This document shows positions 44,839 to 63,394 of a DNA stretch of 64,000 bases, one piece after another; position 1 is the first letter of the stretch; each line of letters opens with the position of its first letter. Position numbers and translations under genes: made by a program. Under the pieces are notes generated by a model. It was not told the DNA's origin. It made no database searches and saw nothing but the letters and a program-made list of their open reading frames with translations. Origin of the DNA: the human T2T-CHM13v2.0 reference genome, Homo sapiens; assembly GCF_009914755.1 (NCBI RefSeq), contig NC_060926.1, one strand, 5' to 3'.

Positions 44839-46451
44839 ATAAAATTCTTAATGTAAAATTTTACACTTATCCCTTTTAAATTATATTTATTTGTTTGTTT
44901 TGATTCTTCTGTCTTACTGAAAACTTTTCTAATCCAGATTCTGCTTTCTAATGTTAGCCTTCCAGCTTCCAAGATACTATGTGATCTTGATAACAGGGCT
45001 TTTCAAACCTTTCCCCCGGGCATTGCTAAAATGCTAAGCCCTGTGACACATACTAGGAACCTCCCTGTAGGTTCACATGGGTCTATTCGTCAGCCATTAA
45101 TTTGGCCACTGAAGAAAATACAAATCTGTATAACTGCATTTTCACTGAGCACATATATATTTTTTTCACCTTTTCTATGATGATTTCATGACTTAATGAA
45201 ATATGTCACCAAAATTGGGTATGTTTCATCTATGGAATTTCTCAACTTTACTGGTATAGTAAGTCTTTTTAAAAATAGGATATCGTTTTCTTAGTTAGCT
45301 TACACTAACTCTGAATAATCACTTCTTAATTTCTAAGTGTTCACAAATCATTATCTAAATATTAATACTTCATTCTAGAACTTTCCTGGAAATCATACCA
45401 ATCTGTTACTTCAACTCTTCACTGCAGTTGAAATAGCTATGTGCAGACATACTGGCCCTGACTCACATTTAATGGGGCTGAAGAAATGATCCCGTGGGTA
45501 TTCTTTCTCCTTCAGGAGATCAGCTTCCTGTCAACATACAGGAAACTGAAAAGCTGCAGTCTAATAATATAGCCACTGACAGGAAGATTGTTGTTTAGAT
45601 TGCCTTTCCAGATTTCTCAATTGAATAATGCTGGTGAAGGATGACTGCTTATTTTATTTATGACTTTGGATCAACTACAAGGATATCTGACTTTACATAG
45701 TAGATGTGCTGCTTCAATGATGCATATAAACCACTTTTTTTGTAAGTCAAATTCCACCTAAAATGTACTAATCTGGGAGTTTACTTTTAAGGCCATCTTG
45801 TGGTGAGACATTTTATAAAGTGAAGAATTCTTTACTGATTTATCTGTTTGCTTGGATTTTAAAGATCAGGGTTGCTTAAAGCAAGTTGAAATTATACTAT
45901 TTCTTTATTTTTAGAAAAAGTAGGCTAGCATTATCTTTTGTGAATGTCACCTTGAGCAAACAGGACTGGGAAGATCTTGGCCAGGCAGCCTGCAAATGAG
46001 TAAAAACCAGAGCCTCCACGCTAAGCCACATTCTCACCTCGCAATTCTCTGATGCACTCCTGCCGATGAAGGACTGCTTCCGTGATTGATATTTTTTCAT
46101 TTTTCAATATCCTCAATCAATAGCTGAAAAAGAATTCTATTTACTCATCTTCTCTGAGAGTCCTCCTCTCACTCAGCTGTCAGAGGCAGGGCAGGTGGCT
46201 CCCTGGTGAGGCTTCAGTTATACTTTATGTGTTCTTCCCTTCCTTGGATTGGAGCTGTGTGAAGGCCAGAACCTCAGCTTGTTCACCTCTGTATCTCCAT
46301 TAAACTAGCCCGAGCCTTCTGTGAAATGGGTTCTCACTACACATTCATAGACTCAATGCTGACTCCCAAACTTGAGCTGGAACCAACTGCAGGTGATATG
46401 ATGGGCTCACTCCATCTCCACCAAGGGGACTGCAACAGTGTGGAGTGTGTG

Positions 46452-47131
<680 letters not shown>

Positions 47132-47330
47132 GATTGGTTTTCTGGTTCCTAAGATTCCCCTCCCCCCAGAACTTCCACAACATTCTTTGACTCTGAGGCT
47201 CACTGGCCCTTAACGAAGATTTCCTTTGAGCTATTTGTGTGTATGTGTGTGTGTGTGCTGTATATTTTATTTATATACATAAATAGCCTGCCTAAGTTTC
47301 ATGTTTAATAAGTCTCCAGGTGAGGTACTG

Positions 47331-47410
47331 AATCTTAACTCTAACTTCAATCCCTCACCCTAATCCTAACCCCTAACTCTAATCCTGACCCTGATCCTAA
47401 CCCTAGCTCT
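47331..47410. repeat. Degenerate (CCCTAA)n telomere-like hexamer tract
   Basis: CCCTAA/TCCTAA/CTCTAA/CCCTGA hexamers. Confidence 0.8.
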
Positions 47411-47936
47411 GAAATCCCAGAGTCTAGGAAAGTTTCCCTATTCATATTCAAACTTTAATAAGTGTCTGCTTTTCATTATGAATATTACCATGATCCTGAC
47501 GTAATTAAGATAACCAGAAACTAATAATTAAGATAACCAGAAACTAAGGCAGACACATATTTTGTGTATGTTGTGTTGTTCAGTGAGAATTATACTGTTT
47601 AGAATGAGTAGCCTTTGGCAATGAAAGAGTCAGAATATTAAAATACTTTCAGTATAAATTTCAGTGTTTAGTACGCAACTGAGTGTCTTAAGGCAATGAC
47701 AATCTATAAAGAGGAGTTCAGCTAACCTTATCAATTAATTGGAGTAGTCAATTGATCAACACTAACACCACACCATTTGCAAATAAAGTGTGTTTACTTT
47801 AAGGCTTGTTCTCTTCCTAAAGGTTTCCAGACTCTCATGATCCTGATTTCATAGGATAATTTTATGGACAGCTTAAAAACCAAATAAATGAATCTTTAGT
47901 ATAATCACAATCACTTAAAACTCCCCTCTGCATAAT

Positions 47937-48097
47937 ACCCCAGCTACATAATTTGATGGGCTTAGTGCAAAAGGAAAATGTGGTGCCGTCATTATAAAGA
48001 ATTCAAGATGGTGACAGCAGATATTAAACCAAGTGTGGGGCCCTTCTAACAATGGGATCTTCTGAGCACAGTTTGCACATCCATGACCTTGGCCCTG
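47937..48097 (-). mobile_element. MER45A-like (hAT-Tip100)
   Basis: GCTACATAATTTG..AGTGCAAAAGGAAAATGTGG..TTCAAGATGGTGACAGCAG..GGCCCTG. Confidence 0.7.
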
Positions 48098-51069
48098 CTT
48101 AATTACAGGTGAGGGAGCCGAGGTCCAGGAAGGCACAACAAATTGCCGCCATCGCACAGCTGATGAGTCCTATAGACACAGCTGAAAACCTGGTTCCTGG
48201 ACCCCTGGCCCACTGCTCTCTCCTGTCTCAGACTTTTCCCACCATCTGGAGTCACCATGGGGAGACAGTGGGGGTACATCCCCAGTGCTGTGAGCTGGAC
48301 ATTCTATCCTTAATACATTTCTTTAGCTGTTTCAACCCTCAGCCTGATTTCTTTCCTAAACCCACACCTGAGCTTGTTTGCATGCAGCTTCTTCTCATTG
48401 TCAGCCTGTTCTCTTCCACTGGTTTTCTTGGAGACTCTGGGGAGAGGATTTGCAAGGTGCTGGTGGAAAGAGCTAATTAGGGACATTATGCAGATTGGAT
48501 TCCTCTCCTTGGCTCTCAGTAGCAATATATTTTTTCACACTGAGTTTCTCCTCTCTTCCCATATCCCAACATACACTAATCCCTAAGGGCAAGCCTAAAT
48601 GTCTCTGGTAAAACAGCCTAGAGACAGGCTTCTGAATAGGTTGAATATTATTAAAGAAATTCCATTTTGAGAATTTCTCAAATAAAAAATTCATTACTTT
48701 AATCCCTGGGAAATCAGTTTCCCAATCTCCTGCACCACCTTAATTCATCCCCATCTTGAATTAACCATGTCTGTTGTGTGCCAGAATTCCGTGGACTTGA
48801 GAATTTGATAAAGAATTCTATTTCCTTCCTTCTCCCTAAAGGCTTGAGGAATTTAGACCCTTTTATTGTGCTAGAGTCCCCAAAGCAGAGACATTGCATT
48901 AACTTCAGAATGTGGCAGAGACTGTCCCTTTGAGTAGAAAATGTTGCTGCTGTGAGCTTGCTGTCTATGCTGGCCCAGCCTCATATCTAGCCTACAGGCT
49001 GGATTTTGAGCTTATTAATAAAATTCGAGGAGGGCCAGAGAAACCCTTGATTCAATGAAAATAAGAGTAGTGAGTTTTAAAACAAAAAACGGGGAAAAAT
49101 GGAAAGAAATTCACATAGTCCCCCACAGCAAATGAAGAAACAATGTCAGATAGATTTGAACAGAATCTTATAAAGTCATTTACAGTCCTTCTCCTTCCCC
49201 CTCAAACTTTTAGAATGGACTCAAAGCCCAAGCCCAAGCCCAAGTCATCGACACAATATTGGTTTCATACTGTCAACAGGCAACATTCCTGAGAGTTCTT
49301 TGTTCTGACAGTAAGCACTCTGGAGACACACCCAGCAAATGAAAGCCACAGTAGAGGGTAGATGAAATAAAGATACAAAGGCATAGATAGACTTCAATAA
49401 TGATATAAAACAAGCTGCTTAGGACCAAATGCAAAATACAGATGCACTTGCTATGGCAAAGAGGAGCCGAATGACAGGATCATGTCAGTTAACCAAGGAG
49501 GGCTTCCTGCGAGAGGCATTGTTCTAAACACAGTTTTGAAGGTAATCTGAGAGAAGGGACCTGCCTAGGGAAAAAGAAGGAGGGCAATCCCTCTGGGATT
49601 ATCTGTTCAACAAACTCTGCTTTTTCTCTTAATGATTCTGTTTCATCTGTCACACATATTTTTGCTGTGGTCTAAATAATTCAGACCACTCTGTCTGCGT
49701 AGATGTGATCTCTCAAGAATCCTTGTTTGGCTGTGCAGGTGTTTATAGTTTCACTAAAAAGTGTCTCATTTTTTTAAACATAGAGTGTGAATGTATAATG
49801 TGCAGATTTAATTCTGGGTAAAAATGCCAAGATGTGGACTACGCTGCCTCCTTCTAGTAATTACTCATTTCTGACAAAAAAGTAGGAGGCTTAATTTACC
49901 TCTAGGGCAATTTAAAAACACTATTGCCAGTTAATTCACTCCCAACCCCGTTTCCCAGACAGGTTTGTTTTTCCTTTCTTCTCTCAATCCTTGTTTTAAA
50001 AGTTGTATGTCTTTTCTGATTCATGGCTGTGTAGGCATTTAGTCAAAGTTAGTCTGGATAAAGTTAACACTTTCCTCTAAAGACAAATATGTTTTGTCTT
50101 TCTGGGAATATGATACTTAGAGAAGAGCTGTAGATTACATTCTATAAATGTGGACAAATTACATATGCATTCTATGCATGTCTCTATCAGTACCTTCCCC
50201 ACGGGTAAGCGAAAAACTTTCTGTATCTATTAAAGCAGGAATTTAGATCCCATTCATGGGATTATAAATCGTTAATCTTCATGGATCCGATGGACAAAAT
50301 GGTGGGTGGGGGAACCTCTTGTTGCTTCATAGAACCGGATGGCTCCACATCATTTTACTAAGAGGACTTAAAAGTTAGTTTCAAACAGCTGTCAGAATGA
50401 TTCCCCCCTTTCTTAAGGCACTCATTAGAAAATAAAACCAGATATAATTAACAAACAAACAAACCTATCTGCCTGCTGTTCTAACTTGTTATAATAAGTG
50501 TTATTTCTACTTACAAACACTATCCTGTCAGCATCATGCTGTTTCTTTAATAAGACTTCTGCACTGGGGGGAAAAAAGGTTTGCATTAAACTTAAGTCTT
50601 GACTTGTCTCTATTCTATTCTTGCTCATCTGCATTCAGATCCAATTTGCTTCGAGGTTGAAAGGAACTAAAGTGTCTAAACCATCTCCAAGAGAGAGAGG
50701 AGGGACCTTTCTGCTCTTACAGTTGGATGAAGGATGGGGCTGCCCTGAGGCTTGCACAGACACCCTTATTTCCTTGCTGTTGGGCCTAGATGACCCCTGT
50801 AGCCAGCAGAGTAGGCAAAAACCCCTTCTGCTTCCTGGCGTTAATTTTCCAGGTGAATGACGATGTTTTCATATGCTTGATAAGTTCCAGAGGCTCATGT
50901 GAGTGGACAGATCTAGAGAGGACTTCGGCTCCAGAGCTCATCTGTGGTTTGGTAAGAGTGGCAAACTGAATGACAATAATTGGAGAGTTGCTGAGGTGGC
51001 AAATACAGCAGCAAAGATAATGCTATGTGATCGAAATGTTAGGGGCTTATGGTTTTTCTTCTTTGGATT

Positions 51070-52310
<1,241 letters not shown>

Positions 52311-52364
52311 AAGTCTCTTTAATCCACCTCTCTATCTCTATCTCTTTCTCTTTCTTTTTTCCTA

Positions 52365-53111
<747 letters not shown>

Positions 53112-53281
53112 TGGTTTTATTTTGTTTTTAACAAATAGAGGCCATGATGACTGTTTAGGCTGAGTAATGGAGGCCTCTGCTCCAAGGGCAGGCTGCTTTT
53201 CAAACAGTTGCCATCTCAGTAATTTTTATCCATTTGCATCTCACAACATCACAAGACAGGTTTACATAAAAGTCCAGGTTA

Positions 53282-54240
<959 letters not shown>

Positions 54241-56989
54241 TACACCAAGACTTCAGGAAATTCTTATAAATGGACACTGGGGATGATTAAAATCTTCTGA
54301 CATTGGCTCTGACTAACCAGAGTCCTCAAGTTTTCACATGGCAGGATAATAGCACAAGCAAAGGAAGAAAAAAAAAAAACACAATTGTCTCCCTCATGAC
54401 CACAGTGCTTTACTTTTTCCCGTGTGTCTTTGCCTGTATTACCTAATGTCATTGTTGAAGTACTTGCCTTAGTAGGAAGTATCACCTTTGCTCTGATAAG
54501 GAAACTGAGAAGGCTGAGAGAGGTCCTATAGCTTTGTCAGATGGCCAGTTATGGCTGGAACTGGGGTTAGGATACAGGTGTCCTTCCTTTGCATGCTGTT
54601 GTCAGGTAAGATTCAGGCAGATGCCATCCAGGATCAACCTTTGAAGGCTTTTTGATATCAAAATATCAAACATCTCAGGATGAATGATTAAAATTAGAAT
54701 TTAATGGTATAGCCCCAAGCTTCTCATAGTGGACAGCTCAAATGTTGATTTGGAAGACTTGTGCTCTAAATCTGGCTTAGTGTTGCTATACCAATAGATA
54801 CCTTCAATAGCAATCCTCTTTTGTTTTGACTACTGGGGTTCAGGCAGCAGCTCTGATCCTCTCAGCACATGGTCTTGGTCAGGAGGATGAATAACTGGCC
54901 ATGTCTTATTACAATTTGTTCCTGGAGGTGCTCTTTGGCTTCCAGCCTCCCCAGAGCAGGGTCACACTTGGAGCCCACATAGCCCAGCATTCTGGAGCAG
55001 AATGGTACTTCTGAATCCAGCCCTTGGTAGCTCTCATCATAAATGTGGAAGCACATTTGTAATTGCAAAATATGCAAGGCAAGGGGATGGAGAGAGAAAA
55101 AAGAGTGATTCACCAAGGCTCTCCTGCAAGAAAAATCCAGCATTGAAACATACCTTGACATCTCAGATACAATGTCTACTTCTGGTAATGAAGATGCTGA
55201 CACCAGAGTGCTACTGTGATGGGGTCCTCTTATTAACAGAGCCATGATTGTAATATGGGTGAAAAGCTCAGGCTAATGAGGGTGACTTTGAATATACCCT
55301 TAGTTTTACAAGAAGGATCTATTGCTCTTTCCCCTTGCTTGGTCCATGGGCAGGCAGCGGAGTTTAATGATGCTTCACACACAGTGTGCCTCCACCGTGG
55401 TAAGGCATTTCAAGGAAACTCTAGTTGGGCTTTTGCATTGTTGGACCATTAATATTTTTAATGGTGACAATAAAAGCTGGAAGAACTCAAATCTCAGCAA
55501 GGGTTTTCAAGAGGCAGTATAATAATGAGGCAAGCTGAGCCCTGGGTGGTAGGGCCTCCAGGTTCTTGCTCTGCCCCTGGCTGGCTCTATATCCTTGATC
55601 TTGCCACTTAACCCTGCTTTCTGAGTTCCAGAGGAATGTGCAGGTGAAACTCTCCTTGCCCTGCCTTGTGGGTAAGCTTTGAGAAACAACAGATTGGGAG
55701 TGTAGAAGGTGGGGGGAGTTTGAAAGAAAGAGAAAAGGGGAAAACAGGTTACATTTTGAACACAGAAATTACTTAATAATAAGCAGTGACAGAATGCCTA
55801 CACAGTGGAGTTTTGTAGTCAGAGTGAAGATTTATTTGGCATTTAAAATTCGTTTTTTTCAGTGAGCACAGGCTATTTGAGGGAGTTGAGAGAAAGGAGA
55901 AAAGGGAAAGAAATTTAAAATGTCAAGAATAATCTATGTAGAGGTTTCTACCAAAAATTCTACTGATTTACAACTCTTCCTACTTACAGGAAACAGATCT
56001 TTCTATTAGGATTATTCACACCATGGCTGTTTTCTACACTGTTGAATAGCGCGAGGTTTCTTCACCCACCCCATTTCCCCAACAATTGTCTAAAGCTCAA
56101 AAAGCAAAGCCATTTAGATTGTTGGCCCTCTGAGGCCTTAGAACAATGAATGACCTAATTTTTTCCACAAGTCCTGTTGCTGAGCCTGTGTGTCTCACCT
56201 TTTTAGCTGGCTTATCTTGGGGACCTTATGAAACTGTGTGCCTAAGAATAACCTAGTGTTTTAAAAACAAATAGACTAAGTCCTGTGTGAGCCTCTCATG
56301 AAGGGCATTTGTAATTCCCTCTTGGAAGCTTGAGCTTGGATTGGTCATCGGTATTTTAGGGTTATCTGCTGAGTTTAGTTTTCCCCCTACCCTGTTTTGT
56401 CAGGATCTTGCCTTCCCTGACCCTCCTCATAGTTCCAGATGACATCTGGGTCATGGCAAAATGTGGACACTCTGGTGAAGCCCTGAATCTGGCCAGAGAA
56501 TGTGGCTCTGCATTCAGCCCAGGGTACTGAAGGTTCCTGGCTGGGTGAGGAGAATCATGAATCTCATGGGAGCCAGCAGGGTTAAAGTTGCTTCTGCCTC
56601 TCACAGACCAAACTCAGATCTTGCTGGGCTAAGGGGTTAATACATCTGAAGTGGCTTAACAACTACCCCCGCTCAGTATTTCTTGTCCATTTGTTCTTGA
56701 GGATGCTATCTCTGACGAATCCTGACTCGATCTCCTGGGAGAGACAATGTGAGGACTGTAGATACTTACTTGGTCACACTTCTGTCATCCGATGACGGCC
56801 TGTGTCTGTTCCCATTCCTCACCTTAGTAGACATCTTTGCTCCTAGTCCTTTCCAGGGTTTATACCCATTGACAGGGCACTTTCCTTGGTGGTTAAACAT
56901 TCTAGAAGATTCGTTGGTGACATCTTGGTCCTGTTTTGAACAGGTCTTACACAAATTCCGTCTTGGTTATACACTTACTATGGACGTGG

Positions 56990-57150
56990 CTTGGAATGGA
57001 AAGAGCACTGGATGGGGAGTCAGGAGATGGGATTCTAGTCTCAGCTCTGCCACTCACTTTATGACCCAGGAAATGCTCTTTCAGTTCCAAGGGTATTATT
57101 TTTCTTCCTTGTAAATTGAGGGGTTAGTCTACTGCTAAGAGGATCTCTAA
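56990..57150 (+). mobile_element. MIR fragment
   Basis: GGAAAGAGCACTGGATGGGGAGTCAGGAGATGGGATTCTAGTCTCAGCTCTGCCACT. Confidence 0.75.
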
Positions 57151-58269
57151 AGGCCTATGCAAAAAGAAGTAGAACATTGATCTGGTGAAAAAGGTGAACA
57201 ACTTGTAGCGTTCTGCAAGTATGCTGTATGTTTATGTGTATAAGTGCCAACAGGTCTGAGAAAAAGAAGATACTGATAAAAGAAACTGCTTAACTATTCT
57301 CATCTCTATGATTGCATAGAAATCAGTTATTTGTAATGGAGTTTTGCCTACTCAGTATAAACAAGGAAGGAAAAGTCTTCCTGTATTGGCCTACTGGGTC
57401 TAGGCTTCTGAAGACCACCAGTGGCCATTTTATCACCTGTAAATGTTATCAAGATAGCATGTGAGGGCTGCAACCATGGGGATTTGTAAGCTGCTGGCTA
57501 TTTTTTTTTTTTAACAATAGTGATGGTTTACCAACATTCATTCTTTCTGAAAGTTAGCTATACAAGGCTGTTATTTATTTATAAGTGTAAGATAGGAAAA
57601 GAGATGGAAACAGTGCCTTAAACCAGATGGAGCATGGACAGATGCTGGCCAAGATATCCTTCCACTAGTGGCCCTTGCAGGCTAAGCATTCAGCCTCCAG
57701 GGCAAAGGCAGGCAATTATGTTAAATCACGCAAAACAGATTGGCAGTTCGGTAAAGCATGCAAAATGGATTGAAAGTAGCAAGCTACTTAATTGTCAGTA
57801 GTGATCCCAGACCCAATGGCTGCAGAGATAAAGAACAAGGATTAACTCTTATAATGTGCCCCACTCCTTCTAAAACACTTTTTTGTGGAAAGCACAATAC
57901 ACACATTTCAGCTTATTACCATTTTCCAATTAGTATTAACTCATTAGTACAGCATGAGTGAGTTTGGAATTTTCAGCCCAACAATCATGCAGTAGCATGG
58001 GGGTCTTCATACACCTCCTGTAATCTCAGCAAAATGTCCAAGATTACCCCCTCCTTTGCTTTAATTAGAAAACTGGATTGCAAATCAGAATAGGAATATA
58101 AAATTGACTTTTGTCTCTCTTACTAATTCCGTCACCTGGAACAAGGCATCTAGTCTATTTGGAATTCAGTTTCTGCAACACCACCTTTTTATGTTTACAT
58201 CTGTAAAGATGTCCACACTATATTGTTAGGCAGAAGAAGCAGGTGATAAATAATTCATTTATGCATTAC

Positions 58270-58700
58270 TCCACTTTGCTACAGTAATCATGACCCCCCC
58301 AGGTCTCAGTGGCTTATAATAATAATGTATTTCTCTTTCATATATATATATATTCCTCTTTTATACATATGTTAATGGCTGCAGTAATCTGCATTTCAGC
58401 TCCTTGTGTCTGCTTATTCTGGGACCCAAGTTGAGGAAGCTGTCTCCTACTCACAGCAGAGGGAAAGAGCAAGAGAACTCAGAGAAACACACAATGGCTC
58501 TTTAAACTTCTGGTCTGTCGTGGTGTATGTGATGTCCACTAAAAGCCATTGGCCAAGGCAAGCAGCATGTTGGCCATAATGATAGAGCAGGGATATATGT
58601 TCTTCCCACAGAAGGCACTCCAAGTCATTTGGCAGCTGAAGGTTTCATTAATTCTCCTGTAGGAGAGGGGAGCAAATAGTTGGCAATGATAACATATCAA
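58270..58700 (-). mobile_element. MLT1J/K-like LTR
   Basis: TCTCAGTGGCTTA..GGGACCCAAGTTGAGGAAGC..CCATTGGCCAAGGCAAG. Confidence 0.6.
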
Positions 58701-58779
58701 AATATATTTACCTGTCAATCTAGATATGCATAGAAAACAGTCTGAAATGTTATCTATGAAAATATTCTTAGGCAAAAAG

Positions 58780-59640
<861 letters not shown>

Positions 59641-60564
59641 TTCTCAGAAGTTGTTGGATATGGGATTGTAGATAATTTTCACTTCTTGTATATGTTCTTA
59701 TGCTGCCTGCATTTTTATGATGAGCTAGTATTATCTTCTTATTCAGAGGAAAGAATGAAGATATTCTAATTGGGAAAGACACAACAATATTAGTTATACA
59801 AAATAAAGTTCCCTTGCACATTCATTAGGATGCAATCCATATGCCTTAATCTCAAGTACTTGCAAGTTAAAATTTTGAACCATCCTTGAGTTAAGCACTT
59901 AAAAAATCATCGCTTTTCTCTATAATTAACCTGGAGAAGTGCAATAGCAATGATAAAAATATCTGAAATCAGGAAAATGTGAAAATGAGATCAGTAAAGG
60001 GTATTTGTGGTTGACACCAATCTATCTCATAGGGAAAAATGGTTTTCCAGAGTCAGAGTCAGAATCAGTCAGTAGCACAACAACCTCCATATTCTTTTTT
60101 CTTCCCATGGGGAAAAGTCAAAACCACAGCTTCATCTCTTAGTTCTACCATCAGAAAAATTATGAACTTAAGTCTTTTGGCCAAGGGTCCCCTTTCAATT
60201 TTGAGTGAACATGAGAACTAATATTCTAGTCAGGAAACGTGTTTTTCAGTTCTGGATTGTGGGTGGAAGTAAAAGACAGAGGGATGGGTGTAAGGTGGTC
60301 CAGGAGAAGTGAGATGAAGACCCAGGCCAGAGTGTCAAGTTGACATCAGAGTGTGGGATGTATTTGTGTGGGTAGTAGGGACTGATGAGTCTGAGAGGGT
60401 TAGAGTTCAGACATTTAGACCAAACTGAAGGCTGCAGACGCAACCCAAGCATCTAGCCTACCCACCCAGCCGGGATTCCTTCCTTCCAGGATGCCCCTGG
60501 ATTCAAAGTTGATTGGAGGATCAGTGGTGAGTGTCTTTTCCATAGTTCTTGGTAAGCAAATTGG

Positions 60565-60830
60565 TTTTTTTTTTTTTTTTTGGTGGAGTCGGGCTCTGTT
60601 GCCCAGGCTGGAGTGCAGTGGGGTGATCTTGGCTCACTGCAACCTGCACTTCCTGGGTAGCTGGGATTACAGGTGTATGCCACCACACCTGGCTAATTTT
60701 TGTATTTTTAGTGGAGATGGGGCTTCACTATGTTGGCCAGGGTGGTCTTCAACTCCTGACCTCAAGTGATCGGTCCCCCTCAGCCTCCCAAAGTGCTGGG
60801 ATTATAGGCGTGAGCCACCACGCACCAGAC
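60565..60830 (-). mobile_element. AluS with ~30 bp internal deletion
   Basis: CCTGGGT|AGCTGGG junction. Confidence 0.9.
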
Positions 60831-62449
60831 CTCAGCAATGTTAAAGGAGGTGAGTAAACAATAATGAAAGAGCTGTTAGAAGTCCAACAGCTCTATAGGC
60901 ATGAAATATATCCTACTAAACAGGCAAAGCCTCTGCCTGCAAGAGATTTAGAGTAAAATATGGCAGATGTGAGAGACCAACATGCAATCAGCAGAAAATT
61001 GATACTTAGAAGAGTTGTACAGAGGTATAGGTGGGTGCAAGCACATATGTCTAGAAAGGCCACAGTTCAGGTTCTTTACAAATAGCACATCGTAATGTAA
61101 TTGTCCCACACATTGCGGTTAGTCACAGTTTTGATCTGAAAGGTCAAATGGAACTAAAAAACAAAAACAAAACCAAGCCCGTGACCTAACACAATTCTGT
61201 TAAATGTTCTTTGACCAGGAGCATTCATACACGATGCAGTGATGTAGCCTATTACTCACAATTTATTCTTTGAACAAGGAGAGGGCAGAGAACTTGTCCT
61301 CCCTTACAACCTTGGCAGGAAAACACTAAGTCGTGCTATGCTCTTCTTAAAGTGACTTCCTGAAGAATAAAACCAAATCCAAAAACAGCACTGTGGCTCA
61401 GGCCATTTTTGTCTGGCATTACCCATATAATATTATGCTAATTCTAATCTGCAACACAGATTACATTAGCAAGATGTAGCAAGAAGCAATCAATGTTTAT
61501 AAAGTGTGTTTTCTTTTTAGCCCCACCTGACACTGTGCCCCAGAGGTTGCATAAACCTGTAGGTCGAACATTAGAGATGGTTTAATATGCTGCCGGAATG
61601 CTGAAGCTCTGCATTATAGTGCTATTGTTAAGCCCAGATATTATGCAATGGCTCCCATAATTTTCCCGTACCTCATAAAGTGACTTTGTAAATATGCTTA
61701 ACATTTTTTTGACCATCCCAAAGTGTATCCAGATAATAATGTGAATGCATTCCTTGTTTCACATCTAAGGTACAAATCTTTCGATTTTTTTTCTTACAGT
61801 TTAATTTTCACTGTGGTAAAGAACATATAACATGAAATTTACCACCTTAACCATTTTCATGTGAAGTCTTTAGATTTTAAAGCTAATCTGGGAAAGGGCA
61901 ACTTTCACAGCTGAGGGAGTACATGCTGGTTTTATTCAAGCACTTTAAACTGTGCCTGAAACATAGTAGGCTCTCAACAAATGTATATTTTTAAATGACT
62001 GAACGAATAAAACACAATTAGGGTATACAGTGTAAAAATTCCCTGCATACTCCACCCTCACAGTAGGACAGGTTGTATGAACCAATCACCCTTTTTCTGA
62101 CTTCTTTGGTAATGAATGACTCATGAGGCTTAAGTAAACTGTGTGTTTTGTGACCACAGATCAGAATTTTGTGTGCATGAAGCTAATTGGCACAAAAGTA
62201 TCAAATCTGTGATTTCTAAGAGCATTTAGTACCTGCCAGATACACTTGATTAAATGGGATTGTGCTTCTTTAATCATCAGCCACTCCTCAATTCTTGTGT
62301 AATCAAACCAACCTCAAAGTGTGGGATGCTGGGACTAATATGGAGGACAGGGAAGGGGACAGGGCAGAGTCTGAGAAGGCGGGCTAGCATCAGAGAGCAG
62401 AGAGGTAGACTGAGCAGAAGGTCTCAGTTAACATGGAAACATCTCAGAC

Positions 62450-62860
62450 AGTAGCTTTCTGTTAGAACTGCCTGAGAAGCTGTAAAAACTACCTTATTCC
62501 TGAGCCTTTTTCCAGATCAATTAAATTAAAATCTCTTGGGTGGTGGGAAGTAGCGGAGTCAAAACACAGGTATTTTAAATGCTCTATCAGGCGATTCTGA
62601 AGCGTGACCTTGATCAAGAACCCTGTTCTGGGTTGTTCAGTTAGTTCTTTATTTGAATAGAGTGAGATGGATTCAACCTGTGAAAACCAATTCAGTGGAT
62701 AACAGTGGTTTCCAAACTTCTCTACACATTGGAACCATCTGGGGAGCTTCAAAAGCCACCTATGCCTGGGCCCCACCCCAGAGACTGCAATTAAGTGGGT
62801 CTGGGGTGTAGCCTGGGCTACAGAATTTTAAAAACATCCCTAGATGATTCTAATATATAG
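62450..62860. mobile_element. Two MER5-family elements (~62450-62620 and ~62703-62860)
   Basis: CAGTGGTTTCCAAACTT..CATTGGAACCATCTGGGGAGCTT..GGGCCCCACCCCAGAGA. Confidence 0.7.
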
Positions 62861-62869
62861 ACAGGAAAG

Positions 62870-63326
62870 GATAAGGTAAACATGATGCATGATGGATGCA
62901 CTGGATAACAATAAGTTAACTTAAGCATACCATGAGAATGACCCTACGGTCTAAGAAGAATGTGTGTTAGGAGTTCCGAGCTCAGGAATCCGGAAGTGAC
63001 CAACCTGGCGATTCATTCCTTATATATGAGGAACATCTGAACCCCCAGGCCATACAGGGGATTATTGAGGCCCTTTGTTTTTGGTTAAATGAAGGTTGCC
63101 AAGTGGAGGTTACTAAGGAAAAAGTGCTAAGTGAAAACGCGACACAAGCTGCATGCTTTTTACAAACAGTAGCAGTTCTCCTGTTCAGCCTGCTACCATT
63201 GGACCACCCCGTATGTAAGTCCCCTCAATAAACCCTCTGTCTTGTTCACTGGCTCTAGGTCTAACTCACTGGCCTCTCATACATGGTACTGTCCCTTTTG
63301 AAGTCAGTAGGGGTCGGGGATGACAC
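62870..63326 (+). mobile_element. LTR47-like ERVL solo LTR
   Basis: GTATGTAAGTCCCCTCAATAAACCCT..TGGCCTCTCATACATGGT..AGGGGTCGGGGATGACA. Confidence 0.65.
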
Positions 63327-63394
63327 ATGGTTAGAAATGCAGGATCTTTAGCTCCATCCTAGGTTTACTAAACCAGAACCTGCTTTAAAAATCC

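Noticed and set aside
54862-55245. 127-aa minus-strand ORF
   Set aside because: No family resemblance; reads through a splice-donor-like site; unsupported as CDS
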